Source: Amphiscolops sp. MND2022
Taxonomy: Eukaryota
Length of the DNA stretch: 64,000 bases
NCBI GenBank assembly: GCA_964187785.1
Contig: OZ076409.1
Location: 33,666,001-33,730,000, forward strand
Direction: 5' to 3'
How positions within the stretch are numbered: position 1 is the stretch's first letter; each line of letters opens with the position of its first letter. Position numbers and translations under genes: made by a program. Shown piece after piece: positions 1 through 12,040 of the stretch. The notes under the pieces are model-generated. The model did not search any database and was not told where the DNA came from. It saw only the letters and a list, made by a program, of their open reading frames with translations.

Positions 1-665
1 TCGGCGCTCCGCTCAAGGTTTAAATGTGCAAAAGAACACCATTGTTGACATTTCATCAATTTTGCAGTGCCAAACAATACCCCGTGGGGTATGCAAAAGG
101 CTCGAAAACTATTTTTCCCCAGCTGGAAACAGCAAAAAAAACCATCTAGCGCAGCAGAAAACTAAAATTGTTTATAGAAAAAAATCAAAAATTTTCTCCG
201 GTATGTTGCATAGTGCCGAAAACACCAAGGAGTCCTCGATGCTCGCAGAACTCTTGCTTTCTTGTAAAAATTGTAGGAGGGCTTTGATAAAAACAAATTA
301 GAAAAAAAGTCGCTTAGTTCCGAAAAAACGCCGATCTTAAAAACAAGAAACACTATATCCGGTATAAGTAATATCCGGAATTCGTTATCTCCGATTTGCT
401 TCAAATCCGGTATGGGTTATGTCGTTATATCCGGCATACGTTATATCCGGAATTCGTTATATCCGGTTTGCGTTGAAACCGGTATGGGTTGTGTTATTGT
501 CATATGGGACTCCTTAGCACTTTTTACAGCTTTGAAAAATTCTCCAAGGAACGTTATATCCGGTATACATTACAGCTTATAAAGCTTATAAAATCTGCAA
601 CGTCGTTAGCCTTTCATAAAGCCAGTGCTATAGTCGTCTCTTTCTACGAAAGCGCCGACTAAAAA
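1..665. mobile_element. Helentron/HINE-like non-autonomous repeat copy (left end lies outside the window), with internal CGTTATATCCGG tandem motifs
   Basis: Starts within the family motif (a)gTCGGCGC. Ends with the family hairpin TAGTCGTCTCTTTC...GAAAGCGCCGACT-AAAAA (GCGCCGACT at 652-660). Internal repeats at ~350-570 are shared with the 51815-52445 copy. Confidence 0.6.
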
Positions 666-2050
666 CAACTTGAATGAAGATATCATACAAAGTGGACCAA
701 TTGCCTTCTCAACTACTTGAGAATTTCACCGAATTTCACGCCGTTTGAAATTTTCACATTGTAGAAACTTTCGTCGATTTTTTCAAACAGGCAAATCAGC
801 GTTAGCGCTCATTCAAAAAATGGGAGCAATCGGAGTAGGCGCATCAAAACACTTCAAAGAAAGCTGATGAACTGTTTTTGTTCAATTCTCTTTTAAATTT
901 AAAAAGTTAGTTTTTTGTCGTAGAAAAGCGCCTTGGCGTTTCTCACTATCATGTATACCAACCATCTCTAGCGTTTAGAGGCAAGTGAAGTAATGAGTAT
1001 CCTTTGAGCAAGTTTTTTCTTCAATTTCATTTCATAAGGCCATTGCGGTAGCGAAACCTGTTGATGCAAAGAGATTTTGTTCCCTTATAGACATTTTTGT
1101 TTTCGAGTCTTTTATTAGCGATGATACTATGCTTTTATTTAGAACGCGATGACAGTCTGTTTCACTCATTCCAAAGTTTTCTAGTTTAGTTCATGGAAGC
1201 AACCTAATGCATAAGGTTTTAAAAGTTTCATCAATCCACATACTTGCATATTGGCTGTTTTAACATCACAAAAATGTCCAGTTTATATGATTTCAAGATA
1301 TCTTTCTAAACAAATATTGGACAACTTTTTATGTGTTGGGATCTTGTATCGATAGAATGTCTTTGACTATACGAAAACCCGGCGTATCTTAGTCTAGATT
1401 TTTCTAGCAAGTTCTTCGTTCGCCCTCCGGAACAGATAATGTCACAGCGCAACTATATCTCTCGATGAAACTCCAACCAGTGGATTGATGTTAAGACTTG
1501 GAAAATGATCCTTTTCAGAAACTTGAATCAATTCAACCACTCCGGTCTGCGCTCAGCTAGTTTTACAACGACATTTTTTTTCAATTACAAAAAAATTCCG
1601 CGTAGAAATTGAAGTTTTGAGCTTTCGTCCAAAAAATCTTTTTAAAATTTATTGGATGTATGAATAACAGCAACCCAAAACCCCACCCTACCCTATTGAA
1701 CAAAAGGCCCCTAGTTACACTTCCTGAAGAACATGCCCCCACAAAAATCAGCCGAAAATGCCTAATTGCTCAAGACGTTGCTGACGAACATTTCATTCAT
1801 ATAATTTTGAAACGAGATTTTTCATCGCAATTTTTTTACGGCGTAGACTAAAACTAGGAAAACACCTCCCAAAACCAATCGTATACGGTGAATTTAGACA
1901 CAGAGGCGAAGCGGTGCTTCGCAACACATGACGAAGACATCGATTATTTTAATATGCGTATATATATTATTTTAATCGCATGCGTATATATTCAACAGTT
2001 CAACTTTGCTCAATTCGTATATATTCAACAGTTCAACTTTGTTCAATAAC

Positions 2051-2195
2051 GTCCCTATGGCACAGTGGTCAACACTTATGCCGTGCAATCGGGAGGCTGC
2101 AGGTTCGAATCTCTCTGGGGTTTTGGCTTTATTCTAAAAAGCTCTAAAAACTTCTATTCTAAACTTTATTCTAAAAGCTTATTCTAAAACTTCGT
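2051..2195 (+). mobile_element. tRNA-derived SINE-like element with (TTATTCTAAAA)n tail
   Basis: A-box-like TGGCACAGTGG and B-box GGTTCGAATC, followed by ~5 TTATTCTAAA repeats. The cloverleaf stems are imperfect. Confidence 0.55.
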
Positions 2196-3014
2196 CATGT
2201 GCAAAAAACTGAAGTGAAGTATACTATTTGGCAGCGGACGATGAGCTTTTGAAAAAGACTAACAGATCCGGAAAACAATGTCACTAACTTGATCTTGAAT
2301 AAAAAGCTATTTGATCAGCAGGACAAATGGAACGATACCATCTCCTATTACTGTGTAACCACTTCAAAGCGGATCACCAGCCACTAATTGATCCAAAAGA
2401 TTACATTGAACCAAATATTTTCAAACTTGACTAGCTGATGAATTGCAAAACAAAGAAGCTGCAAAATTTAGCTAAATTTTGCAGAAAAATGCCGGAATAT
2501 TGCCGCAACATTCTTAATGAATGATTACTTTGACTTATGTTATCACTTTTACAGTTTATACGCATTGATGTCAAGGCAAAAACTGATAATTAACTTCTTC
2601 TTTTTCTTTCATATCTGAATACGATGGTTCAAAGATTCGTTAGAAATACACATTACCGCATAAAAATGTGTGAATTGAATATCAGTGTTTTTGGATTTCT
2701 TATTCTGATCTTGTCTAAGCCGTGCTCAAGTTTCATATAATCTACTTATCTTCATTAACACCTCTGAGTATAATTGTCAGGCCAAGTAGCATAGGCTCTC
2801 AAGTAACACCTCATGAAAAACAAAGCTCCTCCCAAATTCAGAAGTTTAAGTTAAGAGAATGGCTAAATGAAACATCCCGTGAAACAAAACCACTCAGTTG
2901 GTACACAGAATGAGCTTATGGGCACTTCTAGCCTCTGCCCCTGCTGGAGGCTGTCGTATTTCGGTGATGAGAGTGCTGATTCATGAGTTCCTCTTCATTC
3001 ATAATTGGCACTGC

Positions 3015-3216
3015 AGTAGTGAAGAAAACGGCCGGGTTTGCAACGGGGTCGGAGCCCCACCCTGCAGCCGGGTTTGCAACGGGGTCGGAGCCTTCCATAA
3101 AAGGACATTTAGGAGCCGCTCCTTTAAATTGAATTTCATACGGCGGTCGGAATGAATGTCGGAATTGATTCGGAGGTCGGAATTAATGTCGGAATTGATT
3201 CGGCGCTTCGGAAAAA
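3015..3216 (+). repeat. Polinton left terminal inverted repeat
   Basis: Reverse complement of ~17645-17843, roughly 88-90% identical by eye. Contains a 26-bp direct repeat (3031-3056, 3067-3092) and CGGAAT(T)GAT-type short repeats. Confidence 0.95.
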
Positions 3217-3399
3217 CGTTCTTTTGACACTCGGAAATTGTTAAGGTTTCGACGTATGAAATAAATGTTTTTTAGAACATATTTCAAAAGCCTATCGAAG
3301 TATTAGGTTCATGTATCTCATATTCTTACTATTTGATTGAATATCTTGAATGTTTGCAAGAACTAACATTAACATTTTGCTGCAAGTGAAATTTAACGT

Positions 3400-6300
3400 G
3401 GTGGTGGATTAACTAATACTTTCAACTTTGAACGAGCTGTACAAAACTTTCTAAACTTGGTATCAACTATTGAAAGGTATTATTCTCTATTTGCAACGAT
3501 GGTTAGCTGAGAGCAATATTAATATTACCACCCATGTTTGGAAGTGTTGTTGTGTAATTGGAAAACTCTACTTGAAAGAAATGCTGGTTGTGAAATTTTC
3601 TTCAATTAATTCCTTTCAAATTTTGCAAAGGTCGGAATGTTCATGTTTAGTCAAAACGCTGTTATCTCGTTGCTTCGCCTACATTGAAACTGGTTTTGCC
3701 TATTCTCAAGCACCTCATTTTTTGCAAGTCTGCCATTGCAAGTGAATACAACTTAGACTTGAGGGCTGTAAAACTATGCACAATGTTTCCACCAAGTTCA
3801 TCTTTAAATTTGAGCGTTTCCAGTTTTTGAATTTTCGAATACAATTGATTATCTGCTCTATAATTTGAGAAATCAAAATCGTTGTAGATTGATTCATTCT
3901 CTTTAAGGTTTTTGTACAAGTCTTCTGATTCGATCTCATAAATCAGGGAATCAGTATCTGAATAAAGAACCAGTGTTTTGAAATTTGGTTTCATGTACTT
4001 GTAGTGAAACCAGTACATATGCCGCTTCGACAAATCCAGAATAGTAGCACCAACTATTGTTGGCTTGTCCCAGTAAATTTTGCGCTGACTGAATGAAATA
4101 GCTGCTAGCTGATTGTATAAACTTTTCGACGTTTTCATCCACATTTTGTTCGTTTGCGCTAGCAACTCTTCTCATGTACGAACAATTTCGACTTGTAATC
4201 GTGTTGTCTTGCTCTCCATTGTTTTACCAAAAGCTGAATTGCTCATTAATTTGTAAAAGTTTTCCTCAGATTTATTTGGAGAGGCTTTCCTTTTTAGTGT
4301 CTTGAGCTGAATGTACGGTTGAAGCAATTTTGATTGTTCAAATTGTAGCACTCTGTGTACTTTGGTAACTTGTAGTCCCAATTCACAGTATAACTTTAAA
4401 ATGAAATATTGTAATGTGTAATTGCTCTTGTCATAGAGGTCCTGTATCAATTTTTGTTTTTCGTGGAAAATGTAACAGAGCCTGTTTTTTCCAACATCCG
4501 AGTCTGTTACTCCCCCAGCCAGTAATAATTAAATTCTTCTGTTGGCGTCAAGGGGTAATCGGCGTGAAAATCATGCAAACGGTCTGGATAATGAAGGTCA
4601 ACTTCTAAAACATAATCCAACAGGGGAATCTTCTCGAGTGTTGAGAATTTCTTGCAAATCGATTTCTTCCTGCTTTTTCAGAATAAAACTTTTGAGCGGC
4701 AATGGAAACTTCTCCATGATTCCACCGTACAAATGGTTTGCATCAATGAATAGGACAAAAGTTTGTTTTGCTGTCGGGTTGAAGGTTGGTAAGTACTTGT
4801 TGTTGGCTTCGAATTTTCTTTTTGCAAAGACTGAAGAAATTCCCCCTCGAATTAGGTTCTCAGCCATTTCCAAATGCTCGCGGCTAGTCAGGAGTTTAAC
4901 ATCAGCCTTGCAGACTTTGAGAAAAGCCTCCCCAGATACGTTGGATGCAGTGTAAAAGTGTGCACAGTCTAGGCCGTAAGTAGCATAACAAACATTTCGA
5001 AATTCTTCGAATATTGATGCAAGAATGAGAACATCTGTTATCAAATACAAATCATAGTAATCCCCCAAGTTTTTGCAGTCAAACTCTTGAAAAACTAGCT
5101 TTGCGTGATCAAAGTCACTGTCACTGATTGTTACCTCACCTCCTTCAAGCGTGTTTTTCCAGAACTCCTCGGGCGGAAGTTCACACTCGGAAAATTTGTC
5201 GAAGCCATCCACATATGTGTAAGGGTAAACACCTTTTCTCTTGAGCAAATCAATCTGTGTTGGAGTTTTATGTCCTTTAAACTGACTGTCAAGGTACAAA
5301 AATTTTTCGTTCGGTAAAATGTTCGCAAGTTTCTCCAATGACTGCGGCATGAACCTTAGAGCATCCAAGAACCTCAAATTCTGATAAATGTTTTGAACCT
5401 TTCCCTTTTTGTCCAAGTAAGAATGGACCCAGACAGAAAAAGTGAAGGAAATGTACTTTTCGTCAGTTGTTGGAATACAGGAAAATTTGATCTTTGGATT
5501 ACTCTTGTTGACTATTGTACAGATAATATGATGAATGTCATATCCGGTCATGTTATGGGCAATAAAGTTACTGGAGTGAAGTTGCGTGACTTTCTGCTAA
5601 AGTTACAATCAGAATGAGCCCATCCTAGAAATTTACCACTGTAGCGACAGTGATCCAAAACTTTTTCTTGATCGTTCTCGAAGGGTGTTTCACAGATCCA
5701 ACACTGATTGACTGATCCCTTCTGTATGGGTGGTACGCCTCGAAATATTCGGTAAATTTGCTTCCTATTGTAAATTTCTTTGGCAGGTTTTGCAATTCAA
5801 TAATTAGATCCTCAAAACAATTTGGAGCTCGTGTAATCCTGTGAGAAACAATTTTGTCTTTTCCGTGTTCTACAACAGCAAAGGCATATCCACAAGCAAC
5901 ATGTTCTTCGACTTTTGTTACACTACTAACATAGGGGGCAGTTGTGCAATAGTCAATAGGAACAAGAAGTGATTCCGTATCAAGATACATAACCAAGGGC
6001 ACGAACCAAATACCTCCAATTTTTTGAATCGATGAAATTTTCTCTCTGCTTCTGGTAAAATTATTGCTGCGGCCTCATACGCATAACAACTGGCCTTGTG
6101 ATTTTCCAAACTCCCGACTGAGTTACACATATGGGAACAGTTTCTGCAAATCTCATCCCTTGGTCGGCTTTGCTTTTTTCTCAAGAAGTTGATAAAACTT
6201 TTCAAATCAACAATCAAAACGTAATGATAACTAGTACCCTCTGATAATAACAAGAGATTCATGATAAAACGACTTTTGAGTTTTGAGATTCTCAAGGGCA

Positions 6301-7265
6301 CCAAATATTTATTCTCAAATCGGAAGACATTGACTTGGACTTTGTTAAGTTTTTCTAACCGCTCAATTTGATTGAAGGGCATTGGCATAAAGAATTCCCC
6401 CTCATGCTTTTTGGCTAAACGGTTTGTTCTGGGAATATACGTTTCTGGATTGGCTTTACACGTCCATGAGCTGGACAAAATCAGAGGAATGTTGGTGTAT
6501 AGATGATAGGCGGCTGTGAAGCAGTATAAAAAACAATTCTCATCGTAAATGTTTTGAATAATGATCAAATACTGACAACTTTAGAGGCTGACTGGAAGAG
6601 TCATATAAGAGCTTCCCCGTAGGATGGAAAATGTTGAGAATTTCATTATGAAACTCTTTATCTCCAACAAAATCCATCCACTACGATGCGATGCAAAACT
6701 AAACAAACGTGTTGTGGGTTGCTCCATTGAACGATAATAGTCCTCGTCGGTAATTCCAAAAAAGTATACTGGTACAAAGTCAGAATTGATGAATATTGTT
6801 AAGGTGTCTTCAGACGTTTCGTTCAGTTTGTGTTTTACCAATTTCATTTCGGCAGTCAGTTGAAGTTTTTTCGGACCATCGCGAATTTTTTCACGAACAA
6901 GATTTTGGAGTTGATTTTTTGTTGATATATCATTTCAAATAAATCAATCGAAGTGATTTTTCTATCCAGTTGGAAGGTTTGTAGAGATCCATCAAACGCT
7001 GATTCTACTTGTTTATAACCAGTATTTTTCAATGTCTTGTAATTTTTTTTGTGCAAAGTTGACTGAAAAGTTTCGAAATGGTTTGTATACTCAGCGGTCT
7101 CTCCATAGAGATTGTTACAATAGCAGCAATGATTCACCACTGAAAGGTTGTGTATCTGTTGGAAATGCTCTTTCATTGTCACTAGAGAAGTATGTTGGAA
7201 TTCACAATTTCTGCAAAGTATGGTTTAAATCTTGGCTTGTTTTTATGCACATTCTGTTTATGCCG
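3400..7265 (-). pseudogene. Protein-primed family B DNA polymerase (pPolB), fragmented by frameshifts and stops
   Basis: ORF pieces carry YLDTES (ExoI), RFLDALRFMPQSLEKL, RKGVYPY, YLITDV (ExoIII), DANHLYG, KLMSNSAFGK, YSDTDS and KLY. There is an N-terminal Cys/His zinc-finger-like segment and an EndoVII-like insert. The 3' boundary is approximate. Confidence 0.93.
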
Positions 7266-7604
7266 ATTTGAGGGTTTGAAAAAAACTTGAAACTAATATC
7301 GCATAGAACACCCAATTTGACCAAGGTTCTGTTTTGCAAGGCTATACTCGAGTGAATGAATATTTAATTTCCGGCTCACGTCCTGGAAGAGCTTTCTATT
7401 TATGGTAACCCTTGGAATTCTAGATTCCCTGAATTATTACTATATTGCCTTTCATGGTAGTCCAGCCGCCAAGTTTTCCTGGAAAAATTTACACACCTTT
7501 ATTCAGCTAGCCTTCTTTCTATTGTAGTTACCTGAGTATTCATTTCAACTCTCGATTATTTAGAGTCATTTGGAGTTTTGTTCAATTAATCCTCCTTTGA
7601 AGAA

Positions 7605-8510
7605 GGGAACTGCTATTCTCCTTTGAAAAAATGATTAATTTAGGTACCCCCCCTTTTCAAAATTCATTTTTCCAAAATCGTCTCGCACATCTGCACACCA
7701 ATTTTGAGCTCGATCGGACCAGCCGTTTTCGAGAAAAATGACTTTTTTTGTTAAAAATTGACCAATCTGGAAAATGTAAATTGAGTCAATTATCTCGACA
7801 TTGGGGGGTGCCAGCGTCCAACGGACGGTACCAGTCGATTCGGCATACTCTTTACTGCAAAAAGGTTTTTTTATGGTTCCATCTTTTTTATTTCTTGAAT
7901 ATGAATAATTTTTTCATGAAAAAATGGCAAAAAGTGGTTTTAAAAATGTCCATTTTCTCGTAAACTACGCAACTTTTGTTATTCACTCCTATAGTCAAGA
8001 CTTGTGACATTTTCCAAAGTTGACTCTTTGAGTATGTTTATTACACACCAAAACGTTTCTATTTTACATAATTTTCCTTACTATGAGGAGGGACGTGGCA
8101 TTTCTCTTTGAAAAAATGAATATTTTAGGGACCCCCCTTTTCAAAATTCATTTTTCCAAAATCGTCTCGCGCATCTGTACACCAATTTTGAGCTCGATCG
8201 GACCAGCCGTTTTCAAGAAAAATGACTTTTTTTGTTAAAAATTGTCCAATCTGGAAAATGTAAATTGAGTCAATTATTTCGACATTGGAGGGTGCAACGT
8301 CCAACTGACGGTAACAATCGATTCGGCATACTCTTTACTGCAAAAAGGTGTTATTTTTATAGTTCCATCATTTTTATTTCTTGAAAAATGATTATATTTT
8401 TAATGAAAAAATTGCAAAACGTGGTTTTTAAAATGCCCATTTTTTCGTACACTACGCGACTTTTGAAATTTACTCTCATGATCGAAACATGTAAATTTTT
8501 TCAAAATAAA
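7605..8510. repeat. Two tandem copies of a ~485-bp unit in the Polinton non-coding region
   Basis: 7621 aligns with 8106 (ctttgaaaaaatga...ccccccttttcaaaattcatttttccaaaatcgtctcgc...gagctcgatcggaccagccgtttt), constant offset ~485 bp. Confidence 0.85.
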
Positions 8511-8844
8511 ACTTCATTTGGATATTTTAAAGCCTGAAGGAGCTGTTAAAAACTTTGTACCACAAGTTTTAACGTTCAAATACTGTGCTAGTTGAATATT
8601 TTGTTGGTTAGTTGAATGTTTCGAGGTACAGTCTCTTGATGAGTTTTTTTTCTAATCGACGCGCCTTCACCATTGGTGTCGTTGCTGGTTGATAGTTGTC
8701 ATTTCGCGTGCTGTCTGGCGTTGTAGATTTTTTCTCACCCGACTAGGTATTTTCATCTAGAGGTTGTGGTGATGGCGACTCTGGATCTTTTTCCACAACC
8801 CAAAAATTCTCCAGTATTCCATCTCTCTCCAGACCTCCATTTAA

Positions 8845-9150
8845 TTAGGTGGGTACCATTGAGCAGTCATGTTTGCACAAAATGCGTTTGATGTTGATTG
8901 GTAGCATTGGCAGATCAGAATGATGAATTTCCTCGACGTCCCAATTCTCATTTGAATCACCCCATTCGAAGACACAGTCAAGCTTCCGTTTCTTTTGCAG
9001 AATGGTACTTGCGGATACCGATAACTTGGCGTTTTTGTTGAATACAATGTTGAGTAGCAAAATTTCCTTTTTGGTTTCCCACTTCACCGCCGAATTTTTG
9101 TCTCGTTCTTCATCTTGGTCTTCCTCCCTCTGCTGCTCAAGGATGACCAT
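8845..9150 (-). CDS. Polinton accessory ORF of unknown function (reading frame open further upstream to ~9265)
   Basis: 101-aa ORF with an acidic stretch (EQQREEDQDEERD); no recognised motif. Confidence 0.35.
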   Translation of the reverse strand: MVILEQQREEDQDEERDKNSAVKWETKKEILLLNIVFNKNAKLSVSASTILQKKRKLDCVFEWGDSNENWDVEEIHHSDLPMLPINIKRILCKHDCSMVPT

Positions 9151-9611
9151 AGCTTTTTGAAATTGTGTTTCGTAAACAATAAATCTCTGAGACGTGAAAA
9201 GTGTGAATACATTGCTGCGAAGGTTGCTCAGTCTCAGTGGATGTTTCCAACAAAATGAATCTGTTTCTGTTTCTATTCGTTTATACTAGAATTGCTAGGT
9301 CACAAGTGGGGAACGGTATTTGATCACCTTGTATATCAGGTGCTCATTTGTTAGCTAATATAAATTGTGTTTTTAATTAAAGGAACCTTCACTACAAAGA
9401 ACAAATGCCGGCAACTCTGGTGCTCATATGTCATTTTCCAAAAAAATTACATGTTTTTCATTAAAGTGAACATTAACTCCAAACGAAATGCCGCAAACAG
9501 CGTGTGTTGACAAATCCGGGTAGACTAATCAAACGATACCTCCAATGAAGCACAAAATTTTAAGCAGACATTTTAAAGTCTCATTTTAGGATTCTGTTTC
9601 TCGCGCTCAGA

Positions 9612-10091
9612 ATGTCTTTCTCTAGTGACTTTACTCTGACAAAAGACGAAAATTTTGGCAATTTTCATCACAACATTTCCCACTCTTCAAGTAGACTTGT
9701 TCGAGCTACAACAAAAACCTATGACAGAACAGGAACCTACATTTTTCTAAAGTTATTCAAAAAGAAGGCTGACGACGAATTTATACTTGCACAGAAAGTC
9801 AACTTGACAAAAGAAGAGTTTGAAAAGTTGCTTCTGAGGGGGACTTCAATTTTACAACCACCAGGTAACTCTACAAAAGGCGCAAGTAGAGTTAAGAAGG
9901 CGAAGAAGTTTTCAGCAATCTCTATCGATTCCGGAGAGCAGTACAACGACGGAAATAAGGAGAACATTGACCCCCTAAAAGATGGCGGAGACCATGTGAG
10001 AGCTCACCCGTTTATTTCAAACAATTCAGAAAAAATTTTCGATTTTATATATTCAAAGAAAAACCCAAAACTGGAGTCGATTTTCCTGTAG
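9612..10091 (+). CDS. Putative PC4/YdbC-like ssDNA-binding protein (Polinton accessory gene)
   Basis: RLVRATTKTY-GTYIFLKLFKK-EFILAQKVNL-TKEEFEKLL matches the three-strand plus helix pattern of PC4 (YVSVRDF / LIDIREYW / KGISL / NPEQWSQL). Pattern recognition only. Confidence 0.5.
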   Translation: MSFSSDFTLTKDENFGNFHHNISHSSSRLVRATTKTYDRTGTYIFLKLFKKKADDEFILAQKVNLTKEEFEKLLLRGTSILQPPGNSTKGASRVKKAKKFSAISIDSGEQYNDGNKENIDPLKDGGDHVRAHPFISNNSEKIFDFIYSKKNPKLESIFL

Positions 10092-10094
10092 TAA

Positions 10095-10577
10095 TTGATA
10101 TTTCGTTTGGTTTACACTCACCCGTGCATGAAGGCTTATGTAACATCCAAGCAGACAATCACTATCACGTTCTTGCTCAAAGTTTTGGAGAACCAGACCA
10201 GGGGTCAACCTAAAAGTTATTTGTTACCGTGCTTATATACTACCTACGCCCTAATCGCCCTAATACTATCAAACAGCGATGAGAAGGAAGTGAATAGTGA
10301 AATTTTTGAGCGGTTGGATCAAGCAATTCAATACAATGGAGATTTTGTTACTACAAGCCGGAACCCTAAAAATGATTGGCCTTCAGTTTGTTTGTCAGTG
10401 CAAAAATCTGACAAGGCGGTACAAGTCAATTCAGGACTGAGTCAAACAACAATGCAGAGTTTGGAAAGTGTTATGCTTGGACCCTATGGTGGACAACTTC
10501 TCCTCATCGCAGATTTTTTTTCAAACTGGTCGTGGTACTCTCAATTTAGCTCCTGTTCTAACTTTTTCTTTGAATGA
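10095..10577 (+). CDS. Polinton accessory ORF of unknown function
   Basis: 160-aa frame (non-ATG start), in frame with and directly after the PC4-like ORF (TAG TAA between), convergent with the protease. Confidence 0.4.
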   Translation: MIFRLVYTHPCMKAYVTSKQTITITFLLKVLENQTRGQPKSYLLPCLYTTYALIALILSNSDEKEVNSEIFERLDQAIQYNGDFVTTSRNPKNDWPSVCLSVQKSDKAVQVNSGLSQTTMQSLESVMLGPYGGQLLLIADFFSNWSWYSQFSSCSNFFFE

Positions 10578-10607
10578 AAACAACTGAAAAGTTAAAATTG
10601 AATTACA

Positions 10608-11045
10608 TTAAATTTTTACAAAGCGTAGCAAGTCAGTTTCAGTTATAAAGGAAATGTTTGGATAATAAGTACTGAACAAAAAGTGAGCAATATAAACACA
10701 ATATAAACCACGTAAGTTTGAATTTTGACTTTGTAAGGGCATGCGAGAATCATCTTTCAAAACTTGTCGAATTGTCACTGTTGACGGCAAAAGTATTTTG
10801 GCAATATTTGGGTATTGAGAAAACAAGTCCAAGTCGAGGGGGTCTGCAAAGTTGTATTCACCTTTCGTATGGCCCCACACTATCCAGTGTCTACCGATGC
10901 TGGTTGAATTTTCCGAATTAACCACAATAAATGTATTGATAGGCAGTAAAATTGGAAATTTATCTGCTGGATAAAAACCTCCAAACTTGTTTTGTAAATA
11001 CCTCCAAGAGTTTTGTATTAGCTGAGAGAGGTAAACTTCGTCCAT
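10608..11045 (-). pseudogene. Adenain-like (Ulp1/C5-type) maturation cysteine protease with catalytic Cys replaced by Arg
   Basis: GGFYPAD, IGRHW (His), FADP (Asp), LQSQNSNL-R-GLYC where the family has Q-x5-CG. The codon is CGT, one change from TGT. Confidence 0.9.
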
Positions 11046-11049
11046 TTTT

Positions 11050-12040
11050 ATGTAGTTGGATTCAGAATAACATTTTCGGAAAGCTATCGATTCGAATCAA
11101 TTTATATAGTTGAAGCTCTTTCGCCCAAGAGAAAAACCTCAATGTTGCCAGCAAGCGCCGCTGAAAACTTTAGTTCAATAGAAATGGCAGCATTGGTGAG
11201 TTCAGGGTATAGAAAATCATGCGAAGCTTGTTGGGTACTGGTGAGATCAAAAGCAATCAGAAAATGAGAAACGGTTTGGGCAAAACCTCAGTATACCGAT
11301 ACAGTGCAGGTGTTTTCGTTAGTTTTTTCTATGGCAGTAAAAACTTGGTCAGATACAGTCATTTTGCAAACATAAAGGTTGGCTTGAGTTAATTTATTTT
11401 GTAATTTTTTGCAGCATCGTCGTAAATCAAAACAAATTCGGACTTGGATCTCACGAAGGAAATGCGCAAAGTAACTGAGCAAATGTTTGTCACATGAAAA
11501 CATCCGATGCAATTTTACCAGAAAAGGTCAAATGGGATTGTCTGGATTCCCGTTCCCTTGTTGTGAAAACAGCAGTTGTTGTGTCGGCGGGGTTACCTTC
11601 ATATGTATAACCCTGGCATCTCAACCATGTATCTTTAGCTTCTTTGCCATTGGAAAATTCTGTTTCAATGAAGGCTTTATGGGCATAAAGACCGTTGGCG
11701 TTTGAAAATTTTATCCCATTTGCAGTTACTGTGCATTCAGAAAAACGGGAGTGAAGAGTGCTGTTTACAAAAATGGGGGAATCTGTTGCATGGGCATCAG
11801 TTGCATCGTACCGCAAGTCTGTTCCGTCATTTTGCACAATTTTACACTTCCAGAAAAATTTTTTGTAGGTCCAGAAAGTTATTTCGGTCTTCAACACCTT
11901 CAAATTCCAATTTTGGTCCATTAGGTGCGTAAGTAGGTCCAATTTTTCGTTCAAAAGAGGAATCGAAAGTAATCAAAACTGGTGATCGCTCAAAAATGTC
12001 AAGTGAGCTGGGTGCTGCTTCTAGTGGTAAAACGTTTTTT
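11050..12040 (-). pseudogene. Double jelly-roll major capsid protein (PY), frameshifted and internally deleted
   Basis: N-terminus SLDIFER...NGPKLEF...DLQKIFLEVKCKIVQNDGTDL, then NSTLHSRFSECTVTANG, YAHKAFIETEF, and C-terminus IAFDLT...IELKFSAALAGNIEVFLLGE...IDSNR. Only ~330 codons. Confidence 0.88.

Noticed and set aside
2051-2120. Functional tRNA gene
   Set aside because: The acceptor and anticodon stems pair poorly and a simple-repeat tail follows; treated as a SINE head.
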